Both the position numbers and the translations under genes were made by a program. From a virus: a stretch of 36,917 bases of DNA. Below the pieces are notes generated by a model. That model did no database searches, was not told where the DNA came from, and was given only the letters and a program-made list of their open reading frames with translations. Shown in pieces: positions 7,619 to 15,317 of the stretch. The DNA is taken from IMG/VR virus record IMGVR_UViG_3300045988_102538. One strand, given 5' to 3'. Positions within the stretch are counted from its first letter, which is position 1; each line of letters starts with the position of its first letter.

Positions 7619-9132
7619 TGGTCTTCTACATGGCAGACGGCACCACGGTAAGCACGGCACCGAAATTCACCGGCAGCAGCTACATAGACACCGCGAGCGG
7701 CAACATCGGCGCCATCCTCGGCGTCGACGACGAGGACATGCCCATCATCCACGAACTGCTGCGCGTATGGCGAGAGAAATATCCACGCAACCTAATCCGC
7801 GGAGCCTACTACGACTGCAAGGAACGGTTCAAGGACTTCGGAATCTCCATACCCGACCAGATCAAAAACAAGGTCGAGGCAATGATCGGATGGCCCGAAC
7901 TCGCCGTCCGATCATTGAGCGACCTGAGCGACCTGGAAGGATTCAGCATCTCCGGCGACGACACGATGGGCATCAACGACCTGTTCGAGGACAACCAGCT
8001 GGATGTCACCGCATCCGAACTGATCGTATCCGCATACAAGCACTCATGCAGCTTCCTGACCATCGCCGCAGACCCGGAGGATCCGGAACGAATCAGCATG
8101 ATCCCCCGTTCCGCCGACTGGTCCGCGGGAATCTGGGACAGGCGCAACCACCGCCTGGCCGCCGCGCTGACCATCACCGAGGATGACAAGGACGGACGGA
8201 TCTGCTCGTTCAACGTATGGCTCCCCGGCAAGGTCTACGAATGCTCAGGGCGCCCACTGCCATGGCGCGCGGAGAAAATCGAAACGAACTTCGACCAGCC
8301 GACGGTCGTCGCGCTCGCCTACGACAGGCAGATGGACCGCCCGTTCGGCCACAGCCGCATCAGCCGTTCGCTCATGAGCCTCGTGGACGCCGGATTCCGC
8401 ACCATGGTCCGCATGGAGGCATCGGCCGAATTCTACTCCGTTCCCAAACTCTGGTTCATCGGCGCGAACAAGGACGCGTTCAGCAGCAACACGTGGAAGA
8501 GCCTCATCCAGGCGATCAACGCCATCAGCGCCGACGAGGACGGCAACCTGCCCCAACTACAGCAGGTGCAGCAGGCGTCCATGGCACCCCATTCGGACAT
8601 GCTCAAGACCATGGCCATGCTCGTCGCCTCGCAGACCCGCGTGCCGGTCGACTACCTGGGCATCACACTGGACAATCCGACCAGTGCCGAGGCGATGGCA
8701 TCAGCGGAACGACGCCTGACCCGCATCGCCGACAAGCAGAACGTGGCCTTCGGACGCGAACTCAAACGCGCCATGGGCATCGCCGTGGCACTGCGCGAAG
8801 GCACGAACTCGATACCCGACTCCATGCGCGACGTACACCCGGTATGGGCCCCCACGAAGGAGATCTCCGACGCGGCGCGCGCCGACGCGTTCACGAAGAT
8901 CGCCGACAAGGTCACCGGCTACGCCGACTCCGACGTCGGACTCGAACGACTCGGCCTGAGCCGTGAGGAAATCACCCGCTTACGCGCCGACCAGCAACGC
9001 CAGCGCGCTAAGGAACAGATCGATCAGCTAAAGGCTCGCCTGGCATCGGCCGGCGGCGAGGAGGTTCAGGATGGAACTCAACAGCCTGAACATACCGGAG
9101 ACGAACAGGAGAGATCTTCAACGGCTGCTTGA
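7618..9132 (+). CDS. Portal protein
   Basis: 504 aa with a TGATG overlap to the terL stop. The track ORF 7225..9132 N-extension lies inside terL in another frame. Confidence 0.8.
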   Translation: MVFYMADGTTVSTAPKFTGSSYIDTASGNIGAILGVDDEDMPIIHELLRVWREKYPRNLIRGAYYDCKERFKDFGISIPDQIKNKVEAMIGWPELAVRSLSDLSDLEGFSISGDDTMGINDLFEDNQLDVTASELIVSAYKHSCSFLTIAADPEDPERISMIPRSADWSAGIWDRRNHRLAAALTITEDDKDGRICSFNVWLPGKVYECSGRPLPWRAEKIETNFDQPTVVALAYDRQMDRPFGHSRISRSLMSLVDAGFRTMVRMEASAEFYSVPKLWFIGANKDAFSSNTWKSLIQAINAISADEDGNLPQLQQVQQASMAPHSDMLKTMAMLVASQTRVPVDYLGITLDNPTSAEAMASAERRLTRIADKQNVAFGRELKRAMGIAVALREGTNSIPDSMRDVHPVWAPTKEISDAARADAFTKIADKVTGYADSDVGLERLGLSREEITRLRADQQRQRAKEQIDQLKARLASAGGEEVQDGTQQPEHTGDEQERSSTAA

Positions 9133-10360
9133 CCAAGCCTATGCGGGATACGTCGCCGACCTTGATGCATTGGCAGACGAAGCGGCTGACGCTATAGAGG
9201 CGCAGTACCGCTCCAACCCGTTGTTCATGCGCGATGTGGTCGAGGACTACTCGAGACAGTCCGCGCAGCTGGCTGACGATTATTTCAGCCAGCTACGCGC
9301 TATATGGGCCGAGCAGTCAGGAGTGGATCTGCCGGAGTTCGAACACCCGGATTTGCTTGATCCAAGCGAAGTCCTCTACCGCATGAACGGCGGTTTCTCC
9401 GGAACTGACTGGAATGGTCTCAACTACTCCGACCTCGTCGCCGGACGCAGCAATGCCGGATTGAGCGTGGACAGTCTGTGGCCGGAGTTGAAGACCATCG
9501 ATGACTGGCAGCAGCTCATTGGTGACATGGTCAGCACATCCGCCAGGCTTATGACCATGCGTGACATGCATGCCGACCCCACAAAACCAAAATGGGCGCG
9601 CGTGCCACGAGGCAGCGATCCATGCGCGTTCTGCGTCATGCTCGCCACCCGTGGCTTCGAATACCTCAGTGAAGAGACGGCCGACTTCGGCCCCACCTTC
9701 CACAATGGCCACTGTCACTGTGATGTCATCAGCAGCTGGGGAAGGCAGAAGCTCAAAGGCTTCGACCCCGACGGCATGAGTGAACGCTGGGAACAATGCA
9801 AGACGGCCATCGAGCATCGTCTTACCCACGACGAATACCTGAGAACCCGCAGTTCGCCGGACCAGAAGTTCGGCAACTGGAAACGCAACCAGATACTCGC
9901 CGAGATGCGCTGGCGCGACCGAGAATGGCTCCACAGCGGCGCAGAGCCACTGATCAGCTTCCCAAGTGATGGGATGCGTGAGGAAACCGAGAAGGCAAGA
10001 CCGCAGGAGATACGAACGGCCCAGAGACTGCGCAGACATGGAATCGTCCCGGCCTTTCAGATCGACCATCGTGAAGCGAAGGATCCAGACACTGGGCGTA
10101 TGCTCCTGATCGGCTTGTCTGATTTGGAAGGCGGCATCGAGCTCAAGACGCCTCAATCAGCAGACAAATTCCGCACTATCGACGGATATATGGGCAGCGC
10201 GTCAAAAAAGCCGGATTGCAGACGGCTGATCATCGACAATTCCGAAAACGACAACATGAGCGATGAGGAACTCATCGGAAACATCATGAAAAGTCATCGT
10301 TTCAAGAATGGGATCGTATACATCCTGAACAAAAAAGGACAGTTGCTGAGAATCAAGTAA
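9071..10360 (+). CDS. MuF/SPP1 gp7-like head morphogenesis protein with an extra C-terminal PD-(D/E)xK-like domain
   Basis: GAGGAGG RBS. Contains the MuF-type motif ARVPRGSDPCAFCVMLATRGFEY...HNGHCHCDV. The roughly 130-aa C-terminus has AT-richer DNA and contains GLSDLEGGIELK. Confidence 0.7.
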   Translation: MELNSLNIPETNRRDLQRLLDQAYAGYVADLDALADEAADAIEAQYRSNPLFMRDVVEDYSRQSAQLADDYFSQLRAIWAEQSGVDLPEFEHPDLLDPSEVLYRMNGGFSGTDWNGLNYSDLVAGRSNAGLSVDSLWPELKTIDDWQQLIGDMVSTSARLMTMRDMHADPTKPKWARVPRGSDPCAFCVMLATRGFEYLSEETADFGPTFHNGHCHCDVISSWGRQKLKGFDPDGMSERWEQCKTAIEHRLTHDEYLRTRSSPDQKFGNWKRNQILAEMRWRDREWLHSGAEPLISFPSDGMREETEKARPQEIRTAQRLRRHGIVPAFQIDHREAKDPDTGRMLLIGLSDLEGGIELKTPQSADKFRTIDGYMGSASKKPDCRRLIIDNSENDNMSDEELIGNIMKSHRFKNGIVYILNKKGQLLRIK

Positions 10361-10425
10361 GCGCCGCTGAAACTACCAAAAAGGGCGGTAACAAGGGCGC
10401 TTACGTATCCATTCTATCACCTTTT

Positions 10426-10507
10426 GGTGGATTGCCGGAGCAGACGAACGGACCCGACTGTAAATCGGGCGCATTTTGCCACGCGGGTGCGAATCCCGCA
10501 TCCACCA
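10426..10507 (+). tRNA. tRNA-Tyr (anticodon GTA), class II with 13-nt variable arm; no encoded CCA
   Basis: Hand fold: acceptor GGTGGAT/ATCCACC, D stem CCG/CGG, anticodon arm CCCGA-CTGTAAA-TCGGG, variable arm CGCATTTTGCCAC, T arm GCGGG-TGCGAAT-CCCGC, discriminator A. Confidence 0.8.
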
Positions 10508-10623
10508 CTCAACCGGCCCTCCGGCCGGCGGCGACCATGCGCCGCATCGCGTGGGAGGACCATACGGCGCACCGTGGCGCGGTCGAACTCGAATCCACGG
10601 GAAACAGCAAGAAGGAGCACGAC

Positions 10624-11151
10624 ATGTTCAACAGATTCCGATTCCCGGCCCGTATCCGTCTCATCGACGGCGGTTCCGGCGAAGGCGGTTCCGGTGAAGG
10701 CAACGAGCCCGAACCGAAATCGTTCACCCAGGAGCAGGTCGACCAGATCGTCGAGAGAAGACTGGCCAAGGAGCGCGGCAAGTACAAGGACTACGACGAG
10801 CTCAAATCCAAGGCCATGAGACTCGACGAGATGGAGAACGCGGGCAAGAGCGAGCTCGACAAGCTCAAGGAATCGAACGCCGCGTTGCGCAAGCAGATCG
10901 ACGATGCCGCTGCCGAGAAGCAGCACGCCGAATGGGTGTCCGAAGTCGCCAAAGACAAGGGCGTCCCGGCCGAACTGCTCCGCGGTGGAACCAAGGAGGA
11001 ACTCGAAGCGCACGCGGACCTCCTGCAAGCGGCACTGCATCCGGCATCCAAGCCGCCGCAGGTGAGGAACCAGACCGGCGCTCCCTCGCACCAGAACAAC
11101 AGCAAGGACGCCGAAGAGCTCTCGTACATCCACCAGCTCCTCGGCAGATAA
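10624..11151 (+). CDS. Capsid scaffolding protein
   Basis: AAGGAG RBS. Coiled-coil, charged 175-aa protein directly upstream of the major capsid gene. Confidence 0.75.
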   Translation: MFNRFRFPARIRLIDGGSGEGGSGEGNEPEPKSFTQEQVDQIVERRLAKERGKYKDYDELKSKAMRLDEMENAGKSELDKLKESNAALRKQIDDAAAEKQHAEWVSEVAKDKGVPAELLRGGTKEELEAHADLLQAALHPASKPPQVRNQTGAPSHQNNSKDAEELSYIHQLLGR

Positions 11152-11178
11152 CCCAACCGACCGAAAGGACAAGCCATC

Positions 11179-12060
11179 ATGGCGATGAAAACAGACCAGA
11201 TCAAGCTCCCCGTGAGCGTGGCCACCGAAATCGTGAACAAGGCCAAGGACACCAGCACCATCGCGTCCCTGAGCCCCAGCACGCCGCAGATCTTCTCCGA
11301 CGCCGACTACCTCGTGTTCAACGGCAAGAGCGAAGCCGAGGTCGTGGCCGAGGGCGCCGTCAAGGGCAGCTACGAGCAGACCGTGGATTCCGTCGTGGCG
11401 AAGCGCTTCAAGGTGCAGACCACCACCCGCGTCACCAGCGAACTCCAGTGGGCGGACGAGGACAACCAGCTGCAGATCATCCGCAGCATCCAAGCGGATC
11501 AGGCAGCCGCTTTGGGTCGTGCGCTCGACTACGTGATCTACCATGCGATCAACCCGAAGACCGGCGCCGCGCTTTCCGGATTCAACCCGTTGAGCACGTC
11601 CGCCGTGCAGGTGACCGCCGGCGATGACGACATCAGCAACGTGGATGCCTTGGCCGACGCGCTGAACGACTCCTACGACATCAACGGCGTGGCATTGTCC
11701 AAGACGTGGGCGTCCCGTCTGCGCAAGCTGCGCGTGCCCTCCACCGGCATGCGCTTCTACCCGGAGATCCCGCTGAACCTGCAGGCCGGCAGCTTGGACG
11801 GCATCACCGCCGCGACCTCCGGCACCGTCAACGGACGACTGGCCACGACCCCGACGAAGGTGCTCGCGTTCATGGGAGACTTCAGCCTCATCAAGTGGGG
11901 CATGGTCCGCGACCTGACCAGCGAGATCATCGCCTACGGCGATCCGGACCAGACCGGCGTCGACCTGAAGGCGCACAACCAGATCGCATACCGCACCGAA
12001 GCGATGTACGCGTTCGCCGTCATCGACCCGCACGCATTCGCGGTACTCAAAACCAAGTGA
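11179..12060 (+). CDS. Major capsid protein (HK97-fold type)
   Basis: 293 aa, positioned after the scaffold gene. Sequence style is typical of phage major capsid proteins. Confidence 0.85.
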   Translation: MAMKTDQIKLPVSVATEIVNKAKDTSTIASLSPSTPQIFSDADYLVFNGKSEAEVVAEGAVKGSYEQTVDSVVAKRFKVQTTTRVTSELQWADEDNQLQIIRSIQADQAAALGRALDYVIYHAINPKTGAALSGFNPLSTSAVQVTAGDDDISNVDALADALNDSYDINGVALSKTWASRLRKLRVPSTGMRFYPEIPLNLQAGSLDGITAATSGTVNGRLATTPTKVLAFMGDFSLIKWGMVRDLTSEIIAYGDPDQTGVDLKAHNQIAYRTEAMYAFAVIDPHAFAVLKTK

Positions 12061-12068
12061 GGTGAACT

Positions 12069-12428
12069 ATGAGTTTTCCCATCCAGACGCTTGTTGTCAA
12101 TCCTGTAGGAGAGGAAAAGCACACTGTCGGCCCGTTGGACGCGCAGGTGCGGCTTGTCAACACTGACGGCACCGCCTTCTCCGCCGGTTCCGGTGCCTAC
12201 GAACTGCCGGAGGCCGGCAAGGACACCCTCGGCGGCATCAAGCAGTTCGCGCCCGAACAGACGATTGGCAACGTTGACGGCAACATCGTCAAGGCCGCCG
12301 CAGCCGCTCCGACCAAGGATGAATTCGACAAGCTCGTCACGGCTTTCAATACTTTGGCGAAACAGTTCGATGACACTATCACCGGCCTCGCGGCCTCCGG
12401 GGTGATCAAGCTGCCGGACAAGAAGTGA
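12069..12428 (+). CDS. Head decoration / head-fibre-like protein
   Basis: 119 aa directly after the capsid gene; YELPEAGKDTLGGIKQ motif. Confidence 0.45.
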   Translation: MSFPIQTLVVNPVGEEKHTVGPLDAQVRLVNTDGTAFSAGSGAYELPEAGKDTLGGIKQFAPEQTIGNVDGNIVKAAAAAPTKDEFDKLVTAFNTLAKQFDDTITGLAASGVIKLPDKK

Positions 12429-12829
12429 CCATGACGGACGAACCGGACATGTTCGCCACCTCCGACGATCTCGAACGGAGGTGGCACAAGCTCACCGACG
12501 AGGAACGTCAGAAAGCCGACACGCATCTCGCGGACGTGACCGACTACATCAAGGAACGCTCGCCCATCTGGCGGCGGCTCCTCGAAGAACGGCCACGCCT
12601 GCTGACGAAGATCACCTGCGACATCGTCCGCAGAATCATGCAGGCCGACCCGTACGACATTCCCGGCGGCATCACGCAGATGAACCAGACCACCGGCAGC
12701 TTCAGCGAACAATACAGTTTCGGAGCGCCCACCGGCGATCTCTGGCTGCGCGACGACGAGAAACGCATCCTTGGCATCAACGCTCAGCGCGCGTTCAGCG
12801 TCGACATGGCAACGGGGGAGACGTCCTAG
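12425..12829 (+). CDS. Head-tail connector (gp6-like adaptor)
   Basis: Position and size fit. GTGA overlap upstream; an alternative ATG is at 12431. Confidence 0.6.
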   Translation: MTMTDEPDMFATSDDLERRWHKLTDEERQKADTHLADVTDYIKERSPIWRRLLEERPRLLTKITCDIVRRIMQADPYDIPGGITQMNQTTGSFSEQYSFGAPTGDLWLRDDEKRILGINAQRAFSVDMATGETS

Positions 12830-13152
12830 TGGAAACCATCGAAGTGTGGCGCGGCCAGTCCACCACCGACACGGACGGCAACCCCATCCAGGGCAAACCC
12901 GCCCGCGTCGGCACGTTCCAGGCGATGGTCGCGCCAACCTCCACCACCGACCAGACCGAGGAGCACGCCAGCCCGCAGACCACCGAATACACGATCCACA
13001 TCCGCGGTAGCCAGCCGACAGGCATCCAAGCCACCGACCTGATCAAAGTCAGAGGCATCCTCCTGCCCGTCAAAGGAAAACCGCAAGTGTGGAACAACCT
13101 CCACGGACGCCACATAGGCGACGTCATCACCGTGGGCGAACGGGAAGGATAA
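12829..13152 (+). CDS. Head closure protein (gp16-like)
   Basis: GTG start overlaps the upstream TAG. 107 aa; assigned by position. Confidence 0.55.
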   Translation: METIEVWRGQSTTDTDGNPIQGKPARVGTFQAMVAPTSTTDQTEEHASPQTTEYTIHIRGSQPTGIQATDLIKVRGILLPVKGKPQVWNNLHGRHIGDVITVGEREG

Positions 13153-13154
13153 GC

Positions 13155-13391
13155 ATGGCCAAACGATGCAGATTCGTATTCAACCGCAAGGCGTTCAGCC
13201 AACAGGTCCTCAAAAACGAGACATTGCGCTCGCGCATGAGGGACGCGGCCGAAGCCGCCGTAGAGGATGACCGTTGCATGGTCCGCGACCATGACGGCAA
13301 GAACCGCAGCGGCGTGGCGATCATCTGCCCGGCACCGGTGGAGAAGGTGCACGGCACGTTGGAGGACACGCTCGGAAGGATGCGCGTATGA
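13155..13391 (+). CDS. Hypothetical head-tail joining protein (78 aa)
   Basis: Internal ATG of track ORF 13089..13391, just after the upstream stop codon. Confidence 0.45.
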   Translation: MAKRCRFVFNRKAFSQQVLKNETLRSRMRDAAEAAVEDDRCMVRDHDGKNRSGVAIICPAPVEKVHGTLEDTLGRMRV

Positions 13392-13786
13392 GCATCCCGG
13401 TCACTCCCCGGCGCACGGAACCCCTGCTCCTGTCCAAACTGAGGACACTGTTCCCGGACGTGACGTTCGACACCATCGAACGAAGCGACCTCGAACCTCC
13501 CTTCACCGAAGCCACTCTGGCCGACTCCATGCAAGGCATGAGCACCCCAATCTCGCAGTACGTGCGGCTGCGGTTGAGCGTGCGATGCATGAGAGAGGAC
13601 CATACGGGCGACTGGGGCAAGGCCGCACGCCTGTGGGCCGACATCGCGAGGGAGATCATCGGGCTCGGAAACGTCGCGCCGCTCATCGACGCGTCACTCG
13701 AATCCGGGCCGGTACGCATGACTGACGAGGACAAGAGGCTGGTGTGCGCGTACGGAGTGCTCCTGCTCGAGGTCACCGTCAACTGA
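13388..13786 (+). CDS. Tail terminator / tail completion-like protein
   Basis: ATGA overlap upstream. 132 aa, immediately before the major tail protein gene. Confidence 0.5.
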   Translation: MSIPVTPRRTEPLLLSKLRTLFPDVTFDTIERSDLEPPFTEATLADSMQGMSTPISQYVRLRLSVRCMREDHTGDWGKAARLWADIAREIIGLGNVAPLIDASLESGPVRMTDEDKRLVCAYGVLLLEVTVN

Positions 13787-13841
13787 AACACAACCAAAGA
13801 CAACGTGCCGCCACACGCGAAGAACGGAAAGGTGCAGACAA

Positions 13842-14462
13842 ATGTCTGACAACAACGAAAAAACCACCGTCGCCGCGCAGGGCGCGACCGACTACGGGTA
13901 CGTGTCCAGCGGCAACACCGCAGGCAACGTGCGCCTGATCAAGAACTACGCGCTGTTCCTGTTCCCCAAGGGCGACAGCACGTTCACGGCCCCGACCGGA
14001 GTGGCCTGGACCCCGCCGGCAAGCAAGAAGCCGATCGGCTACTCCACCGAGGACGGCGCCGTACTGCATCCGGAACCGGGCGACAGCACCGACTACAAGG
14101 CCCACAACGGCGACATCGTCCTGTCCGACACGGACCCGGGCTACTGGACGCTCCAGCTCGCCGCCATGGAGGGCCGCAAGGATGTGGTGTCGGCCTACTT
14201 CGACGTGGACGTCGATTCGGACGGCGGCATCAGCATCAAGGGCGCCGGATTGAAGAAGGAGTGGATCCTCGTCCTGGTCGCGCTCGACCAGCAGGACCGC
14301 CCATTCCTCCTGTACGGCACCAACTCGAAGGTGTCCGACCGCGACGACGTGAGCCTGAAATCCAGCGAGATCATGAACTTCAGCATGACGTTCAAGATGC
14401 TCAAGGGCACCAACGGCGAACAGTTCCACGCATGGGGCCTCGTCACTGAAGACGCCAAGTGA
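13842..14462 (+). CDS. Major tail protein
   Basis: 206 aa, positioned before the chaperone pair. Followed by a strong hairpin. Confidence 0.75.
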   Translation: MSDNNEKTTVAAQGATDYGYVSSGNTAGNVRLIKNYALFLFPKGDSTFTAPTGVAWTPPASKKPIGYSTEDGAVLHPEPGDSTDYKAHNGDIVLSDTDPGYWTLQLAAMEGRKDVVSAYFDVDVDSDGGISIKGAGLKKEWILVLVALDQQDRPFLLYGTNSKVSDRDDVSLKSSEIMNFSMTFKMLKGTNGEQFHAWGLVTEDAK

Positions 14463-14475
14463 CCCATTGATTCTT

Positions 14476-14507
14476 CCCGTGCGGCCGATGGCGGTCGGCC
14501 GCACGGG
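14476..14507 (+). terminator. 13-bp GC-rich hairpin after the major tail gene (attenuator-type; no T-run)
   Basis: cccgtgcggccga-tggcgg-tcggccgcacggg. Confidence 0.4.
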
Positions 14508-14545
14508 ACACCCATTCAACCGCCAACCATTAGAACGGAGCCAAC

Positions 14546-14926
14546 ATGAGCGACAAAGAATACCATGTCGTGGACGTAGACCTGACCGAAGCGGAAGAGC
14601 TCAAACCCGACGTGCACCTCGAGGTCGCCGGCGTCAAACTCGACCTGCCGAACCTCAACAACGCGGAACTGCCCATCGAACTCGTCCAGGCCATCCTCCT
14701 GGTCAAAAGCAAGCCCGCATTGTCCGACGAGGAAACCATGGCCTGCGTGAGCACGTTCCTCGCCTACTTCCAGACGATGCAGCCGAACTTCTGGAACGTG
14801 CTGCGCAAGACCAAACGTCCGATGGCCTACCTCATCGCGACCATCAAGGCGTGGGCCGAGGAATCCGGACTGGACCCAAAAGCGTTTACCTCGCCCACCT
14901 CTGGAACAACCACCGCGCGGCACTAG
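14546..14926 (+). CDS. Tail assembly chaperone (gpG analogue)
   Basis: 126 aa between the major tail protein and tape measure genes. Contains a slip site near its 3' end. Confidence 0.8.
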   Translation: MSDKEYHVVDVDLTEAEELKPDVHLEVAGVKLDLPNLNNAELPIELVQAILLVKSKPALSDEETMACVSTFLAYFQTMQPNFWNVLRKTKRPMAYLIATIKAWAEESGLDPKAFTSPTSGTTTARH

Positions 14927-15273
14927 CCTACGACTGGATCCGAGCGTACGGGCAGATCTACAGGCCCGTACGCTTCCGGGAATGGGTTGAAGGCCAACGT
15001 CCACGAGTCGATTGGGGACTCGCCTGGGCGTTGACCCGCGAAATCCTCAAAGACCATACGAGCCACTCGTGGATGGCGTTGCAGAACGCCGTCTACGCGC
15101 CCGACGGAGCCGAACAGGCGGTCTGGACGCTGTCCGGACAACGCAAACGCCCATGGTTCGACCACGAGCACGACCCGCTCCGCCCGCCAACCCCGACGCA
15201 CAACCTCACCCGCCGTCAACGCGAGGACAGGGAACGGCTCAAAGCCTACTTCCACATCAACGACGACCTCTGA
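14546..15273 (+). CDS. Tail assembly chaperone frameshift product (gpGT analogue; -1 shift at 14875-14881)
   Basis: The -1 frame is open from the slip site to 15273 (…PK-SVYLAHLWNNHRAALAYDW…). It has no plausible start codon of its own. Confidence 0.7.
14875..14881 (+). other. Slippery heptamer C_CCA_AAA for -1 programmed frameshift
   Basis: The zero-frame codons GAC CCA AAA GCG give an X_XXY_YYZ pattern. Confidence 0.7.
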
Positions 15274-15317
15274 CTCCGACCGCCATCGGAATCCCAACCT
15301 ACGAATAAGGAAACACG

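Noticed and set aside
14467-15273. 268-aa ORF as an independent gene overlapping the major tail gene's end and the chaperone gene.
   Set aside because: Its 5' two-thirds is an Arg/Pro-rich shadow of the chaperone gene. Only the part after the CCCAAAA slip site looks coding, and that part is reached by a -1 frameshift.
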